A stretch of DNA of 63,029 nucleotides, counting the filler, from Sluysia triapertura (lineage: Eukaryota): NCBI GenBank assembly GCA_046118255.1. It is 4 parts of 4 records of this genome, joined end to end, with 100 filler letters (N's around TTAATTAATTAA, not from the genome) between each part and the next. Parts side by side here need not be neighbours in the genome. Positions count along the whole stretch, not along the records: positions 50,735 to 63,029 come from JBJNIA010122527.1; 3 more parts are not named here. One strand, given 5' to 3'. The position numbers and the translations under genes are program-made. This document shows positions 52,141-63,029 of the stretch, in pieces (positions within the stretch are counted from its first letter, which is position 1; every line of letters begins with the position of its first letter). The notes below the pieces were generated by a model that ran no database searches, was not told the origin of the DNA, and saw only the letters and a list, made by a program, of their open reading frames with translations.

Positions 52141-52860
52141 TTATGTTTGATGTATTTCTGCGAATTTCTTTAAGCGTGCTCGTAACATATTTTCAGTTTG
52201 TTTTGCTTTCTCTAATTCGTTTGATAACCGTTCAATTTCAAACTGTCGTTCTTCCGAACGAATCTTCAAAGTGTCACTTAAACGATTTTTCATTATTCGC
52301 AGTTTTTCGTCATATTCTTTACATTCTTCTGCATGTTTGGCACGAATGTCAATTATTTTATTTTCATATTCTTTTTTGATATCATTTAATTGTTTTTGAA
52401 GCATTTTTATTGTTTCTGATGAATCAACTTTAAAATTATTATATTCAATAATTGTGAAATTATTTTTTACCATCAATTCCGAATTAGCTGATTCCAATTC
52501 ATCATTTCGAGACTTTGTGATCTCTAATCGTTGTTCAATATCCGTATTATTTGTTTGTAATTTAATTATCGATAAATTCAAATTTTTATTATCATTTTTT
52601 AAATTTGATAACTTATCGTTTAATTCCGATATTGTTTTGTTACATTCTTCATGATTTACTGAATATTTATCAACCTGGCTCGTATTTACTAATGAATGAT
52701 GGCGTTCCGTTAAAAGTTGATCAGAATTATTAACGGCAACTATTGGCTTTATAAATTTTGATTCTCCATCGATTACTAATCCTTGTTGTGAAGGTTTGGA
52801 ATTCTGCTTTGCTTTTCTGTCTATCACCTGCGTTGTACTGAATTTTCTATTAGATGCCAT
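52141..52860 (-). CDS. Intronless coiled-coil protein (239 aa), family not identified
   Basis: Long ORF in AT-rich DNA with heptad-like, E/K/L/N-rich C-terminal two thirds. Confidence 0.8.
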   Translation of the reverse strand: MASNRKFSTTQVIDRKAKQNSKPSQQGLVIDGESKFIKPIVAVNNSDQLLTERHHSLVNTSQVDKYSVNHEECNKTISELNDKLSNLKNDNKNLNLSIIKLQTNNTDIEQRLEITKSRNDELESANSELMVKNNFTIIEYNNFKVDSSETIKMLQKQLNDIKKEYENKIIDIRAKHAEECKEYDEKLRIMKNRLSDTLKIRSEERQFEIERLSNELEKAKQTENMLRARLKKFAEIHQT

Positions 52861-53412
52861 TATAATATTTGAAAATTAAAATATATAAAAATACACTATG
52901 TAATCATTTTTTAACATACTTCAAAATAGCAAACCAATTAAAAGTTAAGCATTGTTTTATAGTTTTTATTTCATACTATAATAACCAAATACTACTACAA
53001 TAAGTTAATAGTATTTACAAGATAATTTATTTCTGGTTGACTTAGAAAATTATATGTAATCTGATCAATAAAAATAAATAACAAAGTTGATAAACACATT
53101 GAAAATCAAAAATAAAAAATTTACATTATAAATAGCAGATAAATATATTTAGATTTTATTGCAATATATTACAATATTTATTGAATTATATTATTTTAAT
53201 TTATGAATTTGTTAAATTACAATAGCTTCAATTGTTTAAAATTTTAATTAAATTTTTAAGCACACTTAATCTGACCTTATATGTATCACTTAAATGAATG
53301 TGGAGTTAAATTATGTTTATCTTCAAAATATTCATTATCCTAATTTGTCTAATTTTAAGTAAATTTATATATCTTAATTAATAATTTTATAATTAAGAAA
53401 TTTTAATTTATT
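52861..53412. promoter_or_regulatory. Probable bidirectional promoter region between the coiled-coil gene and TGFBRAP1
   Basis: Divergent ATGs ~550 bp apart. Confidence 0.45.
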
Positions 53413-55469
53413 ATGTATGATGTAGATGTATTTTCGTTATTACCATCAATAAATGATTCGGATGTTACAAAATTATTAAATCAAGTTACTTTTTGTGCAT
53501 TATATTTTAGATTAATTTTAAGGTAGTTTCAATTGGGTTCTATGAAAAGGAAATTTATTTTGGATGTAAGAATGGGTTAATATTGTTTTTTTTGTTAACT
53601 TATTGTAGATGGTTATACAAAATTGAAAATCAAATTATTGATGATGAAAACGAAAATGGTTTTATTACATCAATATTAAATAAGCTGTTGATTTTAGAAG
53701 TATTTTTTTAATAAATAAAATATAATTTAGAATTGTTCGATTATTAAATTGGAAATAATTGGTTTGTTAAACACAATATGTGTATTAATAAATGAGAATT
53801 TAATGTTTGTTGAGCAAAGTTCGCTGCAAATGAAATCGCTACCAAGTATTAAAAATGTCAGTGTATTTGGAATTAATTCGAATTTTATTCAACAAGATAA
53901 TGATTATATTTGTGAAATTGGTGTGGGAACTTTACAAAAACGCATTCAATTGTTTCATATGTCGTCAAATAAATTACATATTCATAAAGAAATTAATTTA
54001 AGTGATGTTCCGATAAAATTATCAATTAATCAAGAAGTTGGCTTATTTAAAGTTTTATATTTGTATAGGCAATATGTACAGCATCTAAAAACGGATGCTA
54101 TTATTTAATCAGTCACCAATCAATGTTGGAAACGGAACTCTTTAAAATGTTACCAAATTCTCATCTTCATTTAACAGAACTTAATCGCGAAAGAGAATAT
54201 ATTTTACTTGGGCCAGACGGTTTGGGAATATTTGCTGATCATAATGGAGCTTCGCTGAAACCACCTATTCAATGGAGTTCAACTATTCGAGACTTTGTTG
54301 CTGTCAATATTCTGAATGAATGTTTTATTGTAGCTGTTGATCACGAATTCTTGACTGTTCACAGGTAAGAACTTCCATTTCTTTATTTTTCTTTATGTAA
54401 AGAAATAAATACAATCAACCATATTCAGTATGAACTCTATCATATAAATTTTTTCAAGTTTTTTCGCATACTCACGGGCTTCGTATCCTATCATTACTAC
54501 ATCTTCTACCTCTTCAACGGAATTATCATTATGCTTCTCTACTAGGTCAGATAAGAGATGTTCAACAAATTTTGGATTAATCTCAAAATGTGGAAAATCA
54601 TCACATTCAACATTTACTTTAATATACACATTTTCGAAAGACGGTAAAACAATTAGAGATGGTCACTGGTTTTAGACTATTTCATGCTTTCGTATTTACC
54701 TTTTTGCACCATACCTCTTGTGTAGCATTATTATCTAAATTAAAATTCATTGACATGCTCAAAAACTTCTTATAATAGTCTTTAAAACTTTTTATAATAC
54801 CTTGATCAAGAGGTTGAATATGAGATGACGTATTTGGTGGGAAAAATAATAATTCGATGTCTTTTGGGTGAATAGGTGCATTGTCTAACAATAATAAAAT
54901 TTTCAGCTCCTCTGCTTTCATTATACTGTTCAAATCTTTTAACCAATCTTAAAAAATTGTTAACGTCATCCAAGACCTTTTATTCCAACTGTAATAAACA
55001 TAGTTTTTCTACATAGAAATCTTTAAAACAAAATATATATATTTTTAAATTATAAAAAATTGAGTGGACTTATTAATTTCCAAGTACGTTACTAAAAAGT
55101 TACTAATTTTTGGATTCTTAAAAATTGATTTATTTTAAGAAAGCCAAGGAAATAAAGTAGAGTTTTAATTTTAGTCTCAAATCCGAACATTCTCAAATAC
55201 AAACAATTCATTTACCAAATTCTAGTGGATGTCAGTTAACTCCCAATGTTAGTAAAACATCCAATCAAAACACAATATACGGTTCTTGCATTATTCTGGT
55301 AAATCATCGTGGTTCTATTCAAATGTATCAATTGGCACCATGTACTCTGGCTCAAAAGGCCTGTCAATTACTTAAAAAACCGACCAATGAACATTTAGCT
55401 ACAGTAATTGAAATTGCCAATCAAATGATGAAGGAAGCAATACGTAATAATGACAGAAAATGTGTGATG
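53413..55469 (+). CDS. TGFBRAP1: TGFBRAP1/Vps3-like (CORVET, CNH domain), 5' exons: 53413-53484, 53523-53575, 53609-53699, 53731-54036, 54069-54364, 55175-55469; 3' part not found
   Basis: EYILLGPDGLGIFADHNGASLKPPIQWS...IVAVDHEFLTVHS|LKSEHSQIQTIHL resembles TGFBRAP1 FLLAGPGGLGMF..APVHWS..DEFITVHS. Introns of 38, 33, 31, 32 and 810 nt are all GT-AG and phase-compatible. Confidence 0.85.
54393..55010 (-). mobile_element. pogo/Tigger DDE_1 transposase remnant inside TGFBRAP1 intron 5
   Basis: WNKRSWMT...KILLLLDNAPIHP..LFFPPNTSSHIQPLDQGIIKSFKDYY. Confidence 0.9.
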
Positions 55470-55484
55470 GTTAGCTACACCTTT

Positions 55485-55870
55485 TTATGGAATTATTAGA
55501 TAAACAAGGAAATGCACAACCATGCTTACATTTAACATACTTAATGAATAATTCGACATTTGTTTCTGCTCGTAAATACATATATCGTAAACATTATTAA
55601 ATTGTAGTTTCGTGGGTTGAGATGGTTGAAACATTAAAATAGATGTTAGATAATATTGCGATTTGAAATGTTTGAAAGTGTGATCCGTCTTCTGACAAAG
55701 AGTTGTAACCACAGGGCGCATTGCAACTCACGTCATTAGTTGCCTCAAATGCACAAGGCAATGCTAAAATGTGAAGGCCATCGTTTGAAGAAAAGGGGAA
55801 ATAAGTTTGCCGTTGTAGACACAAGAATTTCATTCGAAGGTTAACCGTATAATAGGTAATGATTTCGTAT
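55485..55870 (-). pseudogene. Orphan family copy 3 (divergent, frameshifted C-terminal fragment)
   Basis: GLHILALPCA..C..PCGY, then in a second frame TDHTF..YLTSIL..FNNVYDICIY, paralleling RLTSLL..FINVNFIYVY of copy 1. Confidence 0.4.
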
Positions 55871-56559
55871 TTCTATTTATTTAATCTTAAAATTGAATTG
55901 TTCGTTGTCATTTATCATTAACCATTTATTAAAATTATCAAAACTGATCACTACAAAATGCAATATTTTAAAATTGAATGGGTAGGATCTAAACCTGGAA
56001 TAAAAGAAACAAAAATAATCACTAATAATCTTTACTAATGTACAACAAATATAATTGTTAATGTATTAAAGTTAAGATGCTAATATGATTTATTTTGTGA
56101 GTTCCTTACAATCTTAGACTTACGCACTTAAGGGCTAAGTTGTAAGCAGATTTTTAGAAGAACTTATGTGGAGATATGGTAAGTTTATATTAAGTCGATT
56201 ATACTTTTTTGGGTAAAGCTACTGTGTTTTATGTAAAGCTAATATCGGTTCTTTAAAATTATTAAAAGTTAGTTAAAATTTTTAGGCGAAGCTGCTATGT
56301 TTTTTTAATACTAATATAGGCTTTTTATTGCAGAACAAAAAACGCTTAAAGAACTCTAGTTATCAAAATAAATATAAATAATATTTTAAGTAGATTTTAC
56401 AATCGTGTTTCAAAAACGGTGTTCCTTAATTTTCTAATTTCTCTTTTATGTAAAATTTAAGTAGATTTTTCCGAATAAAATCGGCGACTTTTGATTATTG
56501 TGATAATATTTAAATTTAATATCGTATGTTTTTATTTGTATTTTTAAAAAATTTTATTT

Positions 56560-58229
56560 TTACGTAGAAATATGAATTTAGATTGGATAATTTTATAATG
56601 AACACACAGAAGATTTTATTTGATATAAAAATTTTTATTTCTAAATTGTTTCTTGAATTTCTAGTGCCTTCTTTATAGTCCATCCTTCCCCCTTTCTAAA
56701 ATAAAACTAATAGTTAAGTTATTAATAAGATACACATAAATAAAATTTACATTTATAAAGTCACCAAGGTTGGCAATATTCGAATGATCACGTGTGTTGA
56801 TAGATTGTAATAAACTTGTGAGTCGGAAACGATGGTCCAAGTTGTCTTCTTGAAAATGTAGATTCTCCATTGACCGATAGTGTTGGCATGCACACAACTG
56901 TTTGGATATCTCAAGCATGTATTGTTTAAATCACCTCCATCAGGACATATGAATAAACCGGTAAATAGATTTGAATTTTGCATACGTTTGATAGTATTAT
57001 AATATAGGTTCATTTGAATAGTAAAATTGTTCTCTGATTGCGTAATGCATTCACGTGATTTATGGTAAAAACTGTAAGGAAGCTTCTTGTTATACTTTTC
57101 ACTCTTTGTTACATCATAATCTTGTGACACTGATTGGTAATGTTTTGTATTGACTGTAGACTTGAATTCAGAAATATCTTTGTCTAGTAGTGCCATAGCG
57201 CTCAAAAGAATTAGAGATGGACTCCGTGCACTTTGTGATAAACTATATTCATCATCATCAATTATGATATATTTCTCATTCTTAGATTCATCATCAATAT
57301 TGAGAACATTGAGCATGTAAGTTGAGTTCTTCAGATTCAAGTCAATTGTATTATTATTAATGGTTAGCGTATTTAAAAGAGTGGTTAAGTTTTTAAGGCT
57401 AACTACTGATGTGTAATAAAAGACCAAGGCAGCACAAAGGCATTTTAATAATGAATCGGCAACTTTATTAATGTTATGATCAGTGATTGACCATATTTTC
57501 TTTAAATGATCAACTGAGATTATTGAGAATATTGAATAATTTTGATCAGATTTCGGTAATAATTCCGGGTATACTTGTGACAGTTCAGTACAGTTAATAC
57601 GACGTTTATTCTTACACAAACTTTCGCCATTCGAAATGTATTGAGTAGATGGTACATATACTGTAAAATCTCCTATTCGACTTTGATTAATTAATAGTAT
57701 GTAACAATGAATCTAAATCACTAAAATTCTTTATGTAACACATCCACTCAGAATGCGAATAACTTTGGTTCAATTTCATATGTAATTTTTTTATTTCCTT
57801 ACAAGCATTGTTTTCTAAACACATATAAAGATATTTTCGAATATTTAAAAAATCATTAGAAACGTTGAATTCTACTTCATATGATTTGGACTGAATTGTC
57901 GCAACTGAAGAATTTAAAACACATTGAATCCTTTCTAAAGATTTTATTTCGCAAATAGCCTTCACGTAGCATTTAATAAATGAAATATGTTTATTTATAT
58001 CGAAAGGTTCGCTACTACCTAAACTATTTACAAAATCATTTTCAAATTGCAATTCCATGATTTTTGCAGGATGATTCAAAAAATAGTGAAATATTTGAAA
58101 GAAATCAACTTCGTTATAAATTTCACATCTACTAAAAGACTTTTTGCCCGATTCTGTGAGAATTGAAGGATGTAAAGAATCGCAATGAATTGATCTATAT
58201 ATACATTTTGAAAATATTAAATGATTCAT
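56560..58229 (-). pseudogene. Orphan family copy 1 (~1.6 kb intronless gene broken into 180, 288 and 81 aa frames)
   Basis: Consecutive long ORFs. The C-terminus GLFICPDGGDLNNTC..NSCVHANTIGQ / NLDHRFRLTSLLQSI..NVNFIYVYLINNLTI is homologous to copy 2. Confidence 0.65.
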
Positions 58230-58274
58230 TAGAGTACTAATATGATTATTGATTAATTACATGTTATAAAATTG

Positions 58275-58530
58275 AGAATAATAATAATGAAAAGATAAAA
58301 ATGATAATAACACAGTGTTATTATTATAATCACATAAATTTCTTTTTCGAATTTAAATTAACATGATCTTTCTTTAGATCCTTTTAGACTTCTTAACACA
58401 TTTGCAAATTAAAATAATGAAAATTACAATGATAATAATAATAAATACGCAATGTTATTGTTATTATTACTATATTCGCATAAATTCTTCAAAACTCTTA
58501 AAGTTTACATGATCTTGCTTTATTTCTTAC
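58275..58530. repeat. Degenerate ~140 bp tandem duplication between the divergent orphan genes
   Basis: AATAATGAAAA..AATGATAATAA..TGTTATT..CATAAATT..ACATGATCTT.CTTTA occurs twice. Confidence 0.55.
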
Positions 58531-58939
58531 ATATTAAAATCTTAAAAACTAAAAATGAAATTCTTTTATGAATTTGATGTATGATAATACTTAGAACGTT
58601 TTAAATGTAAATTTTGAATGTTGTTTACTAGTTTTACATGAATTTAAAATATTGATGTTCTGGATGAAGCTAATGTTTAGATATTAGACGGTCGTGACTT
58701 AAAATGCATTGAAAAGAGTATGGTTTAGTGGATAAAAGATACATGTAGCCTATATTTTGGTATTTTCTAAATGGTAATTATGTGATGTTAAAAAGAAAAT
58801 GATTTAGGTTATATTGATATAGGATTATTAAAAAAATGGTTTTAATGAATTCTTTTGAAAATGTATATTGTATATTTTGGAGGTGTATGTGATTTTATAA
58901 TTTTGTAAAAGAAAATTTTTAATAAAATTTGTTGAAATT

Positions 58940-59999
58940 AATAGGTTGGCCACCATAACATGAACTTTGTTGAACACAGGGGTTAATTTATATAAGCTAA
59001 AATTATCTGGCTTAGTTATGATACCAAATAATTCGATTGATATCAACGTAGATTTGTACAATATCTATGTTAAATCATATGAAGACCTTAATACTGAAGA
59101 TGAATCCATGAAGATGAACCTATTATATTTAATAATGACATTCTATCTCAAAATATGCAAATGCCATCTCAAATTCTTGTGAACACTGCGATGAATGTAA
59201 ATGATTATACTTTAGATTATAAATCACTAATCGATGCAAATGACTATCTAATAATTCCACAGAATTATAACACTTTAGAGAGTAAAGAAGATAAAGAAAC
59301 CGTGTTAGCAGTTTGCACCAAGATATTTTTCAAGACAGTATGCAGTCAGAAAGTAATTCTCCCACTCGTTTTTACAGTCATCATAAGACGATTAGTGTTT
59401 CTCTGATATAAAAGAAGATAAAGTAAAAGGTCTACCAATACCACAAGTGCATTAATTTCAAACCAGCTCGGCATGATGGCACTATGTCCATGCGGCAGTG
59501 ATTTACAAGTAATTGTTCATATGCTCATACGGTTGATCAAATGGCAATTACAGATTTAGATCATCCTAACTTAGATCATCCATTCAGAGTCAAAAATCTT
59601 CTACAATCGATTGGCATTCCTACTCTAGTGAACAACATAGACTTTACTTACAACAATAACGTAAATTTTATTTATTTTTATTATAATGATAACTTAACTG
59701 TTGATTTTGGTTCAGGTAGGGAAACATGGGTAAATGACAATGTAGAGAACATTATTTATACATCTTGTAATGAAAATTTCGGACTTTTGATGTATAATCA
59801 AAATTTATGTGTTTATAAATCTCATCTCTTTTATCACAATTTTTTAAATCAAAAGTTTTTCATTAATTTTATAAAATTTGAATTAAAAGCAAAAGTTTTG
59901 AAACTTAGATTTAAAGGATATCTTGTAAATTCTGCGTTATACAATTTAAAATTTTTAATCAATAATAAACTCACACACTTTCTAGCCAATCTATTTTAA
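58940..59999 (+). pseudogene. Orphan family copy 2 (frameshifted, divergently oriented to copy 1)
   Basis: GMMALCPCGSDLQ / SNCSYAHTVDQMAITDLDHPNLDHPFRVKNLLQSI..NVNFIYFYYNDNLTV. Confidence 0.65.
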
Positions 60000-60786
60000 T
60001 AATGGTTCTTATGTAATAAATCTTAAACTATAGCTACATAGCCAATTTTCAACATAAACTAGCTAACTATAGTATACAATATCACTTTGGTGGCATATTT
60101 TTACCATGTACTTATTCATTTATATTTGTCTTACTATTTCATATCCACTTTTGGCTGTTTTTGTTTTATCCGCAAATTTTTTATGTCAATTAAGTGTTAT
60201 GGATTTCAAACTTCTTTTTTCACATTTGTATATTGGTTTTGGCTTCAGATTGTTATTTAGGCATCTTGATGCTTTCTAGTATTTATTAAGATAGTTTTAG
60301 AAGTTTTTGAACATTTTTTCAGTTATAACAAAACATTCATGGATATTTAGGTATTGTAAATTAAGTACAATATTAAAATTTACATATTCAAGATTTATTA
60401 AAATGTTTTCATATTTGAATTTATTTTTAAGATGTTTTTTTAATTTGCATTTTGATTCTTGCATTATAATTGTTTGCATTTACATTTTTACTTCTGCAAT
60501 AGAAAATTATTCAAATTAATAAAACCTCGATTTTTAGGTATTTAAATAATCTTTAAACTAGAATTCATTAAAATACTATAATTTAATAATTTGAATTTTC
60601 ATGATAAATTATGAGAACCAAAAATGCACATTTTTAATATCATTTTATTAAAGTCAATTAAATTATAATATTACTAAAATTTTTAGCACACTAAATAAAA
60701 CTGTTATTCAATATTTATAACTTAATTTAAAAATATTTTTTGCTTTATTTTTTATTTTAAATTTTCACATTTTCATAATATCATAC

Positions 60787-61588
60787 TTTTCACGAGATCT
60801 TCAAATCTACGTGCAAAAGGCGGTGGTACAACATACCAAACTTTTGGTAACCCGAAATGCAAAAAATTAATAGAATATAATTCTTGATCTTCAATGTGCC
60901 ATCCAAATGTACTTCTCCAACTTCCAAAATACAAATACGGTGTATTAACACCACCAATGCGTTCTTTAAGAGTTTCACTCAATAAACTTGGCAAAGATGC
61001 AATATTCCAAATCTAAATCTTATTACTTTATGAGCTAATAAATAACTTTTAAATCAGAATCTGTTATTGTACCTCCAATGTTTGCACCATACAATGGTTT
61101 ACTATGAGCAAATGTTTTCCAGTATTCTTTTATAAGCCAATCAATAGAATCATATTTTGGTGTAATGTAATTTGGATTAAAATTAAATTGACGAAATTTT
61201 TGAAAGTATATAGATTTTTTAATTTCATTAACCTTAAACTAATTAATGCGTAAATTTTTGAATACTTGTAAATAAACTCCATTACGACCATATGCTGATT
61301 GTTCAATAGGGTGTGGAATAATAAAAAGATCTAAGTCACTGTAGCCTTTTTTCCTTGCGCACCAACCTTTAGGTGGTACAATTTTACACAAACCCATATG
61401 ATGGGCTCCACGTTTTTCAATTTTATAAATAAAATTTTGAAAATCCTTAAATTCTTCCATAGTAGGATAGAAAACAGGTATATCTGGAATAGTTTCAACA
61501 TGTACAGTCTATAATTAACTAGATGAATTAAAACAAATTATACTGCAACATCAGATGGACGAATAATTTTTGTGCTTAATATAGTCAT
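60787..61588 (-). CDS. KDM4: Lysine demethylase KDM4/JMJD2, 5' exons 61588-61544, 61508-61266, 61232-61047, 61012-60787; second half of JmjC not found
   Basis: JmjN domain IPVFYPTMEEFKDF..GAHHMGLCKIVPPKGW; YWKT..PLYGAN; JmjC domain GVNTPYLYFGSWRSTFGWHIEDQELYSINFLHFGLPKVWY. Introns of 35, 33 and 34 nt. Confidence 0.93.
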
Positions 61589-62229
61589 CGAAAAATTTAT
61601 GAATATATATATCCGTAATTAAATAAATTTTACATAAAAATGTTAGCGCCTAAGTTCTACAGTAACTTGTCAATAGTATGCATGAATATATAAAATTATA
61701 ATGAGTATATAGCGAAATTATGATTTTATATTACCTACATAAATTTAAACAAATTAATTGAAATCAAAGATTAATATTTAATATTAATATTTAATTTATT
61801 TAAAATATGATAATATTAAGCACTGAAACACATATTTTCTTAAATATATGTCAGATGCAAAAATTTATCATTTTGTAAAACTCATTTATTTTATAAAAAG
61901 TGATGATTTTAATAAAATTCAATAATAGCTAAAAACTATGAGATTAATGTAGTATAGAGATGAGTAGACATTCACAAATTTTGAAAATGCTCTATTTTGC
62001 TCGAGAAAGTCTTTGAAATTTATGATTGATGATATTCTTTAAAATGTTCGCCTAACTTTTGAAATGTTCAAATTAACCAACGAAAAAGTAGCATAAAAGT
62101 ATAGGTTCTAAAATTTCTTTAAGGACTTAGTAAATTGAAGCTTCTACAAAACGGAAATGTATCAAATGTTCCATTTATTTTTGCATAAACTTTTTTAATT
62201 TAAATATTTATTGCATCAAAAACGCGTAA

Positions 62230-62342
62230 TGTTAGACTTCATAAAATGGACTGACCGGGAATTGAACCTGGGCCCTCATTCACTGAGCCAACAGTCCTGT
62301 CAATATTACTATTATAATTCTACGTGGAACTTTACCCCAACA
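62230..62342 (-). mobile_element. tRNA-containing TG...CA element, copy F (internally deleted), flanked by GTAA direct repeats
   Basis: Minus strand starts TGTTGGGGTAAAG, retains the T-arm GGTTCAATTCCCGGTCAGTCC and ends GAAGTCTAACA. GTAA at 62226-62229 and 62343-62346. Confidence 0.75.
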
Positions 62343-63029
62343 GTAACACCAACACGCATTAAAGCACATTAATCACTCATTTATGTCACTTCCGCAAAAC
62401 TTCCAATACATTTTTATAAAATATTTTGTATGTAAAATAAATTTGTTTTGAATATTTTTCAAATATTATAAGTTGACATGTGTCGCTATTCTTATTGTTT
62501 AAAACTTAAATGTGAGAATGAAGAAATAAATGCCGAATTTTTGAAAAAATACGAATATTTATTCTAAATTCTGGATTACGTGTAATTAAATAATTTAATA
62601 ATAAAACTAATCACGGTTTTGATTTGTTAATAACAATAATTAATTCTATTCATGATTAATTCTATTCTTTTGGAAATTAGTACGAAGTGCATTTTCGTGA
62701 AAATTCGTAATGATTATCGAAACTCGATATTAATTGTTTGTTGTCTATGTTTGTTATTTTTTAAAAAATGACACATAGAATTCATATTACCAAGATAATA
62801 AGCAATATAAAAAGTCTTACATTTAACCCTAATTTAATCTTGGTCCGAAATGAATATAAACTTTTGAAAAATTTAAAGTCGATAAAGACTATGACATGGA
62901 TCATAGAGAATCTTCAGATATACTTCATGATGACAGTGAAGAATCTTTAAATATGTTGGGATTAGTGAAGAATAAGGGTTGATAGAAGGGTCAAAACTTA
63001 GGACAGCAGTATAAGTGGAATGTTATTAA

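Overview
Very AT-rich eukaryotic (metazoan) genomic DNA. It consists of four contigs (1-12877, 12978-38848, 38949-50634, 50735-63029) joined by an artificial 100-nt spacer (44 N + TTAATTAATTAA + 44 N), so adjacency across spacers is not biological. Housekeeping genes carry 31-38 nt GT-AG micro-introns, which fits a reduced spiralian parasite such as the orthonectid Intoshia (inference, not verified). Recognisable genes: complete CCT1/TCP1-alpha; the 5' parts of TGFBRAP1/Vps3 and KDM4/JMJD2; the first coding exon of a universal stress protein; an intronless coiled-coil gene; a low-complexity gene with multi-kb introns; and an intronless secreted protein with a regular C-x10-C ladder. The rest is decayed transposons (Gypsy, Tc1, pogo/Tigger, hAT, piggyBac, L2, MITEs/foldbacks). 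The most interesting observations are: (1) six copies of a short TG...CA-bounded element, two with perfect 4-bp direct flanks, carrying an internal tRNA-Cys-like sequence (a Cassandra/Helenus-like solo-LTR candidate rather than a classic SINE); (2) the secreted protein with a symmetric 8-Cys ladder; (3) a cluster of three frameshifted orphan paralogs with a CCCH-like motif, lying between two convergent conserved genes that both appear 3'-truncated. All alignments and translations outside the supplied ORF track were done by eye.
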